A DNA stretch of 38,872 nucleotides. Source: Candidatus Nanopelagicales bacterium (GTDB taxonomy: Bacteria; Actinomycetota; Actinomycetes; S36-B12; UBA5976). The notes under the pieces are model-generated. The model searched no databases and was not told the DNA's origin. It saw only the letters and a list, made by a program, of their open reading frames with translations. Below are positions 17,314 through 26,593 of this stretch, one piece after another. Made by a program: the position numbers and the translations under genes. Where the stretch lies: the NCBI GenBank assembly GCA_023257525.1, contig JALRCB010000001.1, forward strand, positions 1-38,872, given 5' to 3'. The number at the start of each line of letters is the position of its first letter. Positions within the stretch are counted from its first letter, which is position 1.

Positions 17314-18042
17314 CTAGAAAACTGGCCAGGGGACAGCAGGCCAATTTGGACTAGGACTCGGCATAGTTTGCCGAGTTAACAAGAAGTCGAGGCGCTCGTG
17401 GAGAGCATCAATTTCCGAGGCCGTCAATAATTCTTCCAATTCACTTCCAGACATCTGGGATTTAAGTTTTTCTAAATCTGCAAGTTGGTTGCTAGAAATT
17501 CTCTCACCGATCCAGCCCCAAAGCACAGTGCGCAATTTGTCTTCAGAGTTGAAGGTGACTCCATGATCAATCCCATATGTATTGCCGGTTTTGTCTGTTA
17601 GTAAGTGACCAGCTTTTCGATCGGCGTTGTTAACCAGGGCGTCGAAAACTGCAATCTGCATCAATCGCTCTGAGTTTTCATGAGCCAAGGTGACTTGATG
17701 TCCTTCTTCGTCAATTCCTGTAACGATTGTCAGCCAGCCATCAGGAACGGTATTAGGCGGAAAAATGTCTACAGTCGTTGGCTCCGCATCAATCCACTTT
17801 TGGAATGAGCCGATGCCAAATGGGCCTTCATTGATTGTGGTTTCTGGAACTACATCCCAGCCAAGCATTTCACTGACTAAATAGGCAGCCCGTTCGCGCA
17901 AGTGAAGGGTGTGGTCAGGAAAATCCCAAAGTGGGCGTTCTCCCGAACGTGGTTTATAGATAAATCGATTGCCATCAGATTCCACTACAAGTGTGGAGTT
18001 CGAGGCATTGACCATCTGTCCAATAACAGTGAAATTTTCCAT
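17314..18042 (-). CDS. SCO1664-family protein (PI3/PI4-kinase-like fold, Rv2133c-like)
   Basis: 242 aa with kinase-like catalytic-loop-type motifs NNADRKAGHLL and GIDHG. Its position next to DUF3090 and mshC matches mycobacteria. Confidence 0.8.
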   Translation of the reverse strand: MENFTVIGQMVNASNSTLVVESDGNRFIYKPRSGERPLWDFPDHTLHLRERAAYLVSEMLGWDVVPETTINEGPFGIGSFQKWIDAEPTTVDIFPPNTVPDGWLTIVTGIDEEGHQVTLAHENSERLMQIAVFDALVNNADRKAGHLLTDKTGNTYGIDHGVTFNSEDKLRTVLWGWIGERISSNQLADLEKLKSQMSGSELEELLTASEIDALHERLDFLLTRQTMPSPSPNWPAVPWPVF

Positions 18043-18056
18043 AGCGAGAAAGCTAA

Positions 18057-19268
18057 CTAAATGATTCCGAGGATTGCATCAATCGCGACCGCAACTTCAC
18101 TTGTTTCATCCAGTTGCGTACCTGCCAAGGTTTCTGCTGCCCAAATATCGATAGCTTTAAGTGCGCTCGGAGTGTCGAGATCGTTGCGCATCACCTTCAC
18201 CATTTCCGAAACCGGGCTAGTCGCTCCTTTGGGATGACTTAGCGCAGTTCGCCAGTTTGCTAACCGAGTTTGGGCCAATTCAAGTTCATTATCAAACCAT
18301 TCCCAATCACTTCGATAATGGTGAGAGAGCAGCACCAGACGAATGGCCATCGGATCGACACCTTGCTGTCTAAGTTTGGAAACAAAGACCAGGTTGCCTA
18401 ATGACTTACTCATCTTCTCGCCATCAAGGGAGACCATGCCGGCGTGCATAAATGTTTGTGCAAATGGTTTCACTCCAGTGAGCGACTCGGCGTGCGCAGC
18501 GCTCATCTCGTGATGTGGGAATTTAAGATCGTTTCCACCACCTTGCACTGTGATTTGGGAGCCTAAATAGTGTGTCGCGATTGCCGAGCATTCAATGTGC
18601 CAACCAGGTCTTCCCGGACCAAGTGCTGATGGCCAGGATGGATCGTCGCCTGACTGTCCGCGCCAAAGCAGAGCATCAAATGGATTGCGTTTGCCTGGGC
18701 GATCTGGATCACCACCACGTTGAGCAAAGACTTCTAGCATTTCCGCTTCAGATAAGTGGCAGATTTCTCCAAGCAGATCGGTATGCGTCATATCAAAATA
18801 CAAGTCAGCATCAACTTGATAAGCCACGCCAAGTTCCTTGAGCTTGACTGCACTTTGTTCAATCATCTCGATTGCCTCAACAACACCAACATAGTTCTGT
18901 GGTGGAATCACGCGAAGTGCTTCCATATCAGCTTTAAAGAGATCAACTTGTTCCACTGCAATTTCTTGCCAAGCTCGACCGATTAACTTTGCGCGCTCTA
19001 ACAACGGATCGTCGATGTCTGTGATGTTCTGGGTGTAGCTCACTTTGGTACCGGTTGCTAGCCAGAATCTGTGCAAAGTATCAAAGGCTACGTACGTTGC
19101 GGCATGACCCATGTGTGTTGCATCGTATGGAGTTATTCCACAGACGTAGAGACTTGCTTCTTTAGATGTCGAAGCCAACTTGAGACTTTGCGATCTTGAA
19201 TCAAACACCTGAAAGTCTGATGAATCCAAATTCAGCGCTGGAACGGAAACTCCACGCCACGGCTGCAT
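18057..19268 (-). CDS. mshC: L-cysteine:1D-myo-inositol 2-amino-2-deoxy-alpha-D-glucopyranoside ligase (mycothiol biosynthesis)
   Basis: 403 aa, a class I aaRS-like protein with a HIGH-type motif (THMGHAAT) and KMSKSLGN. It lacks the anticodon-binding extension of CysRS and has the MshC-typical N-terminus WRGVSVPAL. Confidence 0.9.
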   Translation of the reverse strand: MQPWRGVSVPALNLDSSDFQVFDSRSQSLKLASTSKEASLYVCGITPYDATHMGHAATYVAFDTLHRFWLATGTKVSYTQNITDIDDPLLERAKLIGRAWQEIAVEQVDLFKADMEALRVIPPQNYVGVVEAIEMIEQSAVKLKELGVAYQVDADLYFDMTHTDLLGEICHLSEAEMLEVFAQRGGDPDRPGKRNPFDALLWRGQSGDDPSWPSALGPGRPGWHIECSAIATHYLGSQITVQGGGNDLKFPHHEMSAAHAESLTGVKPFAQTFMHAGMVSLDGEKMSKSLGNLVFVSKLRQQGVDPMAIRLVLLSHHYRSDWEWFDNELELAQTRLANWRTALSHPKGATSPVSEMVKVMRNDLDTPSALKAIDIWAAETLAGTQLDETSEVAVAIDAILGII

Positions 19269-19331
19269 AGATTAAGTCTACGAGGCAACTGGCTGCCCAT
19301 GCTTCTGGTGACCAGAATCAGCAGTAAAGAA

Positions 19332-20183
19332 TTAGTTCTCGCGACGTCTTAAGTAGCGCTCGAATTCCTTAGCAATCGCTTCGCCCGTTGCTTCGGGTAG
19401 TTCGGCGGTGTCCTGCGTTTCCTCGAGAGCGCGAACATACTCAGAAATTTCCTCGTCATCTGTCGACAGTTCCTCGACTCCAAGTTGCCAAGCTCTGGCT
19501 TCTTCGACTAATTCAACAACTGGAATAGCAGTGTCGAGCAAATCCTCTAAGCCACGAATTAGAGCCAGTGTCGCCTTAGGGCACGGTGGGGAAGCGACGT
19601 AATGCGGAAGCGCAGCCCAAAGTGCGACGGATGGGATGCCTTGTACTTCAAACTCAGATTGAAGTATGCCCAGGATTCCAGTTGGACCTTCATATTTCGA
19701 TGATTCAAAACCAGATATGTCTTGCAACTTTTTGTTTGAAGTGGTTCCACTAACAGGTATCGGCCTAGTGTGTGGAACATCAGCAAGTAGCGCACCCAAG
19801 GTAACTAGGACATTGCGTTCACCTAATTCGATGTGCGACAAGATTTCGGCGCAGAATGATTTCCATCTCATACTTGGCTCTACGCCATGAACCAAGAAAA
19901 TCTTGGTGTCTGGCAGAGTGTCAGTAGAAGCCTTAAAGATTGTCGTACCTGGCCAGGCCACTTCACGGTCGCCGTCTAGGCCAATACTCACCTCGGGGCG
20001 ATTGAACTGGTAGTCATAGAAGTCATCACCTGGTAAATCGATAACTTCCTCGGACTGCCAAACATCTAATAGGTGCTCAAGTGCGTCAGTTGCAGATTGT
20101 CCGGCATCGTTCCAGCCACCGAAAGCGGCAATGATGATGGTTGTGTTTCGCGGGAAGGTTGGATCCTGCTCCAAGCACAACAC
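19332..20183 (-). CDS. PAC2-family protein (proteasome assembly chaperone 2-like, Rv2125-like)
   Basis: 283 aa. IIIAAFGGWNDAGQSATDALEHL is the hallmark N-terminal block of actinobacterial PAC2 proteins. Confidence 0.8.
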   Translation of the reverse strand: MLCLEQDPTFPRNTTIIIAAFGGWNDAGQSATDALEHLLDVWQSEEVIDLPGDDFYDYQFNRPEVSIGLDGDREVAWPGTTIFKASTDTLPDTKIFLVHGVEPSMRWKSFCAEILSHIELGERNVLVTLGALLADVPHTRPIPVSGTTSNKKLQDISGFESSKYEGPTGILGILQSEFEVQGIPSVALWAALPHYVASPPCPKATLALIRGLEDLLDTAIPVVELVEEARAWQLGVEELSTDDEEISEYVRALEETQDTAELPEATGEAIAKEFERYLRRREN

Positions 20184-20267
20184 CCCATTTCTGCAGATTG
20201 CCTCTAGTTTAGGTCCTCATTCCGACACCGGTTCAGCGAGTTTGAAAAAGGCTGGGAGAATAGGTCA

Positions 20268-21194
20268 ATGGAATCTGTAACCGTTGTTAGTACTGCCAAA
20301 GCCGCAGAGTTTGCCATTGGCGATCGCGTGCAGTTAACAGATACCAAATCTCGCAAGCACACCATTGTTTTAGAGGCTGGGCGGGAGTTCCACACAAATC
20401 ATGGAGCTATTAAGCATGATGATTTGATTGGCCTGAGCGAAGGTTCAACGGTCTCGTCAACTGGAAACATGGTTTACCTGGCATTGCGCCCTTTGTTGTT
20501 GGATTTCGTTTTAAGTATGCCGCGCGGGGCAGCCGTGGTTTACCCAAAGGACGCAGCAGCGATAGTTGGACTGTCTGACATTTATCCAGGTTGTGTTGTT
20601 GTCGAAGCCGGCGTTGGGTCAGGCGCGCTGTCTTGTTCACTGTTGCGTGCAATCGGAAGCGATGGCTATCTATACAGCTTCGAACGTCGAGAAGACTTCG
20701 CGAAAATTGCCAAAAAAAATGTAACGAATTTCTTTGGTTCCGAACCAAGTAACTGGCAAGTTACTTTGGGGGATTTACAAGAAGAAGTTACGGCCTTGCC
20801 AGTTGCCAGCGTAGATCGAGTTGTTCTTGACATGTTGGCTCCTTGGGAATGTATCGACTCGATTGCCCATGTTCTGCGTCCAGGCGGAGTAGTAATTGCA
20901 TATGTGGCAACCACAACCCAAATGTCGAGATTCGTAGAAGACTTGCGTCTAGATAAAAGATGGACCAATCCAGAAGGCCAAGAATTGATTGCTCGACCTT
21001 GGCACCTAGAAGGTCTAGCAGTTCGCCCAAATCACAGAATGCAAGGGCATACGGGTTTCTTGGTAACTGCTCGGAAACTGGCTCCTGGCGTCATTTTGCC
21101 CGCTCGTCGAATTCGCCCAACTAAAGGCGGATTGGATACTGTTGCTGAAGTAGCGACAGACGCAGTAGATAGTGAGGAGGCAGCTGATGACTGA
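20268..21194 (+). CDS. trmI: tRNA (adenine58-N1)-methyltransferase
   Basis: 308 aa, collinear with my memory of Rv2118c: [36 protein letters not shown], a [11 protein letters not shown] motif, and VLDMLAPWE. Confidence 0.85.
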   Translation: MESVTVVSTAKAAEFAIGDRVQLTDTKSRKHTIVLEAGREFHTNHGAIKHDDLIGLSEGSTVSSTGNMVYLALRPLLLDFVLSMPRGAAVVYPKDAAAIVGLSDIYPGCVVVEAGVGSGALSCSLLRAIGSDGYLYSFERREDFAKIAKKNVTNFFGSEPSNWQVTLGDLQEEVTALPVASVDRVVLDMLAPWECIDSIAHVLRPGGVVIAYVATTTQMSRFVEDLRLDKRWTNPEGQELIARPWHLEGLAVRPNHRMQGHTGFLVTARKLAPGVILPARRIRPTKGGLDTVAEVATDAVDSEEAADD

Positions 21195-22824
21195 GGCAAC
21201 ACATGCAGATCAGCTGCGAATTCTTAACTCCCGGATCGATGATCTGAGCGAGTCAAACACCAAGCTCACCGCCACGCTTCGGGAAGCACGCGAACAAATC
21301 ATCGGGCTCAAAGAAGAAGTCGATCGTCTGAGTGCACCACCAAATGGTTATGCCATTTATTTAGGGCCGGCTGCTGACGATTTAGTTGACGTCACAATCA
21401 ATGGTCGCAAAATGCGAGTAGCTATGGCTCCGGAGGTTGATCGCGAAACATTGCGCCCAGGTCAAGAAGTAATTCTCAACGAGTCAATGAACGTTGTCGT
21501 CGCTGGCAACTTTGATGATCAAGGCGAGATCGTAGTTTTTCAGGAAATCCTAGAAGATGGCATGCGCGCAATTGTTACCGGCCGAAGCGATGAGGAACGC
21601 GTCATCCATTTAGCTGCGCCACTTCGCGATGTGCCACTTCGTTCTGGCGATAGTTTGCTCGCTGACATGAAGGCTGGATATGCCTTTGAACGAATCGCTA
21701 AGTCTGAAGTTGAAGACTTAGTCCTCGAGGAAGTTCCCGACATTAATTACGAAGACATCGGTGGCTTGCGTGATCAGATCAATGCGATTCGTGACGCCGT
21801 TGAATTACCGTTCTTGCACCCAGAGTTGTTCAAAGAGTATGAACTGAAACCGCCAAAGGGTATTTTGCTTTACGGTCCTCCTGGATGTGGCAAGACACTT
21901 ATCGCAAAAGCTGTCGCGAACTCACTAGCTAAAAAAGTCAGCGAGATTTCAGGCATCGGTGAAGGACGAAGTTACTTCCTGAACATTAAGGGTCCAGAAC
22001 TTCTGAACAAGTTTGTTGGTGAGACCGAGCGCCAGATTCGCATCATCTTCCAGCGCGCTCGCGAGAAGGCAAGTGAAGGCACGCCAGTAATTGTTTTCTT
22101 CGATGAAATGGATTCACTTTTCCGCACTAGAGGTAGTGGCGTGTCCAGCGATGTCGAAAACACAATTGTTCCGCAATTACTTAGTGAGATCGACGGTGTC
22201 GAAAGCCTAGAGAACGTTATCGTCATCGGTGCTTCAAATCGTGAAGACATGATTGATCCTGCGATCCTGCGTCCTGGTCGACTTGATGTAAAAATCAAGA
22301 TCGAGCGTCCAGATGCTCAAGCTGCGATCGACATCTTTGGCAAGTACTTAACAACCGATTTGCCACTTAGCCAGGTGGACCTAGCGGAACATGGCAATGA
22401 CGCTCATGCAACTACTACTGCAATGATCCAGCGAGTTGTTGAAGAGATGTATTCCACAACTCCTAACAATGAATTCTTAGAAGTAACTTACGCCAATGGC
22501 GACAAGGAAGTTCTGTACTTCAAGGACTTTAGTTCAGGCGCGATGATTGAAAACATCGTTAGCCGCGCCAAGAAAGCGGCAATCAAGTCATTCCTAACTG
22601 TTGGCGAAAAGGGAATTACTATCGAGCACTTGCTACAGGCTTGCTTAGATGAGTTCCACGAGAATGAAGATCTTCCAAACACCACAAATCCAGATGACTG
22701 GTCTCGAATCTCCGGCAAGAAGGGTGATCGCATCGTATTTATGCGCACTCTGATCCATGGCAAGAAGGGTGATGACTCGGGACGCAGCATCGACACTTCA
22801 CTGTCACCAAATCCATTCGCATAA
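21187..22824 (+). CDS. arc: AAA+ ATPase ARC/Mpa (Pup-recognising unfoldase)
   Basis: N-terminal coiled coil ([39 protein letters not shown]), Walker A GPPGCGKT and Walker [11 protein letters not shown] chose the ATG at 21187 (GAGGAGG 7 nt upstream; 8-nt overlap with trmI) over 21172. The C-terminus is ...[14 protein letters not shown]. Confidence 0.95.
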   Translation: MTEATHADQLRILNSRIDDLSESNTKLTATLREAREQIIGLKEEVDRLSAPPNGYAIYLGPAADDLVDVTINGRKMRVAMAPEVDRETLRPGQEVILNESMNVVVAGNFDDQGEIVVFQEILEDGMRAIVTGRSDEERVIHLAAPLRDVPLRSGDSLLADMKAGYAFERIAKSEVEDLVLEEVPDINYEDIGGLRDQINAIRDAVELPFLHPELFKEYELKPPKGILLYGPPGCGKTLIAKAVANSLAKKVSEISGIGEGRSYFLNIKGPELLNKFVGETERQIRIIFQRAREKASEGTPVIVFFDEMDSLFRTRGSGVSSDVENTIVPQLLSEIDGVESLENVIVIGASNREDMIDPAILRPGRLDVKIKIERPDAQAAIDIFGKYLTTDLPLSQVDLAEHGNDAHATTTAMIQRVVEEMYSTTPNNEFLEVTYANGDKEVLYFKDFSSGAMIENIVSRAKKAAIKSFLTVGEKGITIEHLLQACLDEFHENEDLPNTTNPDDWSRISGKKGDRIVFMRTLIHGKKGDDSGRSIDTSLSPNPFA

Positions 22825-22834
22825 GGGTTTAGTT

Positions 22835-24355
22835 ATGTCAGTTCGCCGCGTTATGGGCATCGAATCAGAGTTTGGTATTTCAAATCCGCGTGATTCCAGC
22901 GCCAACCCAATGCTGCTGTCGAGTCAAGTTGTAAACGCTTACGGCAATGAAGTTATGCCCAATCGAATTCGTCGAATGCGCTGGGATTACGATGTCGAAT
23001 CTCCACTTAGAGACGCTCGTGGCTTTGACATGAGTCGCGCAGATGCTGACCCAAGCCAGCTAACGGATGATGACTATGGCTTAGCAAACTTAGTGCTGCC
23101 AAATGGAGCTAGGTATTACGTAGATCACGCTCATCCTGAGTACGCCTCACCAGAGGTAACTAATCCATATGACGCTGCGTTATGGGATGCCGCAGGGGAT
23201 CGCATTATTGAGCGCAGTGCTCGGCTAGCCAGCACGCTTACTGGAGATCTAATAACGGTCTACAAGAACAACACAGATGGCAAGGGTGTCAGCTACGGTA
23301 CGCACGAAAATTATCAAGTTCTCCGCGAAGTTCCATTTGGTGATCTAGTTAAGTATCTGACTCCGTTCTTTGTAACGAGGTGTGTGTTTGCTGGAGCTGG
23401 CCGCGTTGGTTTAGGTCAGGAAGACATTCAGCCTGGGTTCCAGATCAGTCAGCGTGCGGATTTCTTCGAAGCTGAAGTTGGCTTGGAAACCACGCTGCGC
23501 CGTCCGATCATTAACACTCGTGATGAACCACACGCCGACCCAGACCTATTCCGACGTTTACACGTCATCATTGGCGACGCAAACATGTCGCAGCGCATCA
23601 ATTACTTGAAGATGGGAACTACGGCGATTGTGCTCAGCATGATCGAAGCTAATTTCCTTAAACTCGACTTCGAACTTTACGATGCAGTGACGTCGATGCA
23701 CTTGGTAAGCCATGACTATAAATTTGAAACTAAACAACGACTGCGTGATGGATCTGAGATGTCGGCATTGGATATTCAAAAGCATTATCAAAACAGCGCC
23801 GTCAGATTCCTAAGTGAAACCGGCGAAACAGATGAAATGGCACACGACGTCGTCAAGCAGTGGGGGAGAATTCTCAATGCTTTAGAGCACGACCCGATGT
23901 CACTAGTTAATGAAGTGGATTGGATAACCAAGCTCTCGGTACTTAACGGATACCGAAATCGTGATCAACTCCTATGGAATGACCCGCGTTTGGCGGCAAT
24001 TGACATCCAGTTTGCAGATTTACGTCCGGATAAAGGGTTGGCTCGGGTTCTTCAGCAAAAGGGAAGGATGGATCTGCTGTTTACTGAAGAGCAGGTGGCG
24101 CAGGCTGTTGCTAACCCTCCAGTGGATACCCGAGCGTATTTCCGAGGAACTTGTGTAGCCAAGTTTGTAGACCAAGTTGCGGCTGCCTCATGGGATTCCG
24201 TGATTCTGGATCTGGGACCTGATGTACCGCTTAAGCGAATCTCCACTCCAGATGCACTTGGTGGCACTCAGGCTGCTACTTCACACCTGTTTGAACAATC
24301 AGAGCTTGCGGCCGATCTGCTGGCTAACCTGAAGCCAGAACATGTATTGGCATAG
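22835..24355 (+). CDS. dop: Pup deamidase/depupylase Dop
   Basis: 506 aa from the ATG at 22835 (MSVRRVMGIESEFGIS). It has [13 protein letters not shown] and RLHVIIGDANMS blocks shared with PafA. The ORF-track start 22757 overlaps arc and adds non-homologous residues. Confidence 0.95.
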   Translation: MSVRRVMGIESEFGISNPRDSSANPMLLSSQVVNAYGNEVMPNRIRRMRWDYDVESPLRDARGFDMSRADADPSQLTDDDYGLANLVLPNGARYYVDHAHPEYASPEVTNPYDAALWDAAGDRIIERSARLASTLTGDLITVYKNNTDGKGVSYGTHENYQVLREVPFGDLVKYLTPFFVTRCVFAGAGRVGLGQEDIQPGFQISQRADFFEAEVGLETTLRRPIINTRDEPHADPDLFRRLHVIIGDANMSQRINYLKMGTTAIVLSMIEANFLKLDFELYDAVTSMHLVSHDYKFETKQRLRDGSEMSALDIQKHYQNSAVRFLSETGETDEMAHDVVKQWGRILNALEHDPMSLVNEVDWITKLSVLNGYRNRDQLLWNDPRLAAIDIQFADLRPDKGLARVLQQKGRMDLLFTEEQVAQAVANPPVDTRAYFRGTCVAKFVDQVAAASWDSVILDLGPDVPLKRISTPDALGGTQAATSHLFEQSELAADLLANLKPEHVLA

Positions 24356-24408
24356 GGTTTGAACTACTGGAATAGTGTGATGCATAACAGTGCACAGCAC
24401 GAGATGAA

Positions 24409-24603
24409 ATGGGGTTCGACATGAGCGAGCGCGAGTTTGCTAAAGGTAACTCCGATCGGGAGCAATCTTCCGATTTCACTCCGCTTCCTACAACCTCGAG
24501 TTCTGACCTTGACGTAACAGACTTACTAGATGCCATCGACCTGGTTCTTGAAGAAAATGCTGAAGAGTTTGTTAAGGGTTTCGTGCAAAAAGGTGGACAG
24601 TAA
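24409..24603 (+). CDS. pup: prokaryotic ubiquitin-like protein Pup (GGQ C-terminus)
   Basis: 64 aa ending in DLLDAIDLVLEENAEEFVKGFVQKGGQ, the canonical ARC-binding helix and GGQ end. The start could also be ATG 24421. Confidence 0.95.
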   Translation: MGFDMSEREFAKGNSDREQSSDFTPLPTTSSSDLDVTDLLDAIDLVLEENAEEFVKGFVQKGGQ

Positions 24604-26001
24604 GTGTCATCAGGCAGACTCGACAAACGAATCTTCGGAATTGAAACAGAGTTTGGCGTTACTTGCACATTTCAAGGTCAGCGACGTCTCACTCCAGATG
24701 AAGTAGCTCGCTACCTTTTCAAGCGGGTTGTATCTTGGGGGAGAAGCTCAAACGTATTTCTAACTAATGGTGCTCGTCTCTATTTGGATGTGGGTAGTCA
24801 TCCAGAGTATGCAACTGCCGAGTGTGATGATTTCCACGATTTGATCGTGCAAGATAAGGCCGGCGAACGAATCCTTGCGGAACTGATTCTCGATGCGCAA
24901 GAACGTTTGCTGGAAGAAGGAATTGAAGGGGAAATCTACCTTTTCAAAAACAACACTGACTCAGGTGGCAATTCATATGGTTGTCACGAAAACTTCTTGA
25001 TCAAACGTCGCCAGGATTATCTGGAGCAGATTGAAGCGTTGCTTCCATTTTTGATAACTCGACAATTGATCTGCGGTGCCGGAAAGGTCTTAACTACACC
25101 TAGAGGAACGATTTATTCACTGTCGCAACGCGCTGACCATATGTGGGAAGGCGTCTCAAGCGCGACTACAAGATCACGTCCAATCATCAACACTCGGGAT
25201 GAACCGCATGCAGACTCTGAAGCTTTTAGACGCCTGCATGTAATTGTTGGGGACTCAAACATGTCGGAGATGACAACTCTCCTCAAAGTTGTTTCAATGG
25301 ACTTTGTTTTGCGATTACTCGAGACGGGCAATCTAAATCGAGATTTCACGCTCGAAAATCCGATTCGGGCCATCCGCGATGTATCGCACGACATAACTGG
25401 GTTAGCTACCGTCACTTTGAATTCCGGCTCAACCATGAGCGCCCTACAAATGCAATGGGCTTATCTTGAAATGGTTAAAAATTATGTTGCAACGGGTGAC
25501 ATGAACATGACTCGGGATCACGTAATTGCACTAGAGCTCTGGGAGCGTACGTTAACTGCGGTTGAGACAAATAATCATGCGCTTATTGCGCAGGACATCG
25601 ACTGGGCCATTAAGAAGCAATTGGTGGACTCTTACCGTGAGAAGAACGATCTGGAATTGGATTCGCCACGAGTTGCTCAACTCGATTTGATGTATCACGA
25701 CATCACGCAAAATCGAGGTTTGTTCTATCTGCTACAGAACAATGGTCGGGTTAATCGCGTGACTACAGATGCCGAGATTTTGACAGCCCAAACCGTGCCG
25801 CCGCAAACTACGCGAGCCAAACTAAGAGGTGACTTTATCGCCGCTGCGCAAGATGCCGGTAAGGACATTAGCGTCGATTGGGTACACCTGAAGATGAATG
25901 ATCAATCGCAACGGACAGTTTTGTGCAAGGACCCATTTGCCAATGTAGATGAGCGAGTTCAGAAACTTATCGACTCCATGCAAGAGGCAGTAACTTCCTG
26001 A
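24604..26001 (+). CDS. pafA: Pup--protein ligase PafA
   Basis: The GTG start immediately follows the pup TAA, with AAGGTGGA about 9 nt upstream. [15 protein letters not shown]...[42 protein letters not shown] is nearly collinear with Mtb PafA. Confidence 0.95.
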   Translation: MSSGRLDKRIFGIETEFGVTCTFQGQRRLTPDEVARYLFKRVVSWGRSSNVFLTNGARLYLDVGSHPEYATAECDDFHDLIVQDKAGERILAELILDAQERLLEEGIEGEIYLFKNNTDSGGNSYGCHENFLIKRRQDYLEQIEALLPFLITRQLICGAGKVLTTPRGTIYSLSQRADHMWEGVSSATTRSRPIINTRDEPHADSEAFRRLHVIVGDSNMSEMTTLLKVVSMDFVLRLLETGNLNRDFTLENPIRAIRDVSHDITGLATVTLNSGSTMSALQMQWAYLEMVKNYVATGDMNMTRDHVIALELWERTLTAVETNNHALIAQDIDWAIKKQLVDSYREKNDLELDSPRVAQLDLMYHDITQNRGLFYLLQNNGRVNRVTTDAEILTAQTVPPQTTRAKLRGDFIAAAQDAGKDISVDWVHLKMNDQSQRTVLCKDPFANVDERVQKLIDSMQEAVTS

Positions 26002-26016
26002 TTGTAGGATTGAGAT

Positions 26017-26544
26017 ATGTTCACTCGTACTTCAGTTTTAGTAATTTCTACGGCCCTAATGCTTACTGCGTGCTCTTCATCATCTGATGAGGCATCGTCA
26101 CCTGCTGCGTCAACATCTTCCGATTCCGCTCCAGCCTTAACTGGAACTCCGGTGAGTGTTGAAGTGACTGGTGAAGCTGGCTCCGAGCCAGTCGTTGCTA
26201 TCACGCCAGGCGATCCGGTAACTGAATTGCAAGTTACAGACGTGATTGCTGGTACTGGCGACCCACTCCCAGCAGGAGCAACACTAACTGCCGATTATGT
26301 TGGATATGGCGGAGCAACTGGTCAGATGTTTGATGCTTCCTGGGTGCGTGGTGAACCAGCGACTTTTCCGTTGGATAACGTGATTTTGGGTTGGCAAGAA
26401 GGCCTTGTTGGAATGCAGGTTGGCGGTCGGCGACTTCTAGTTATTCCAGCCGAACTGGGTTACGGCAATAATCCACCTCCAGGTAGCGGTATTGAGCCTG
26501 GTGAAACCTTGATCTTCGTAGTTGACCTAGTAAGTTTTGAATAG
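26017..26544 (+). CDS. FKBP-type peptidyl-prolyl isomerase, predicted lipoprotein
   Basis: Signal peptide with lipobox LTAC, an S/A/T-rich linker, and an FKBP core: FDASW...ILGWQEGLVGMQVGGRRLLVIPAELGYG. Confidence 0.85.
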   Translation: MFTRTSVLVISTALMLTACSSSSDEASSPAASTSSDSAPALTGTPVSVEVTGEAGSEPVVAITPGDPVTELQVTDVIAGTGDPLPAGATLTADYVGYGGATGQMFDASWVRGEPATFPLDNVILGWQEGLVGMQVGGRRLLVIPAELGYGNNPPPGSGIEPGETLIFVVDLVSFE

Positions 26545-26593
26545 ATTTTCCGAGTTACGTTAAGACCGAATCAATTAGCAGATAGAGGAATCC

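Noticed and set aside
20712-20719. A8 homopolymer inside trmI as a possible slippage or phase-variation tract.
   Set aside because: It encodes in-frame AKKN within a conserved housekeeping gene and the reading frame is intact on both sides. Nothing suggests a contingency locus.
22757-22834. Upstream extension of the dop ORF (track start 22757) overlapping the end of arc.
   Set aside because: The extension adds 26 non-homologous residues. The ATG at 22835 yields the canonical MSVRRVMGIESEFG N-terminus and leaves a 10-nt gap after the arc stop.
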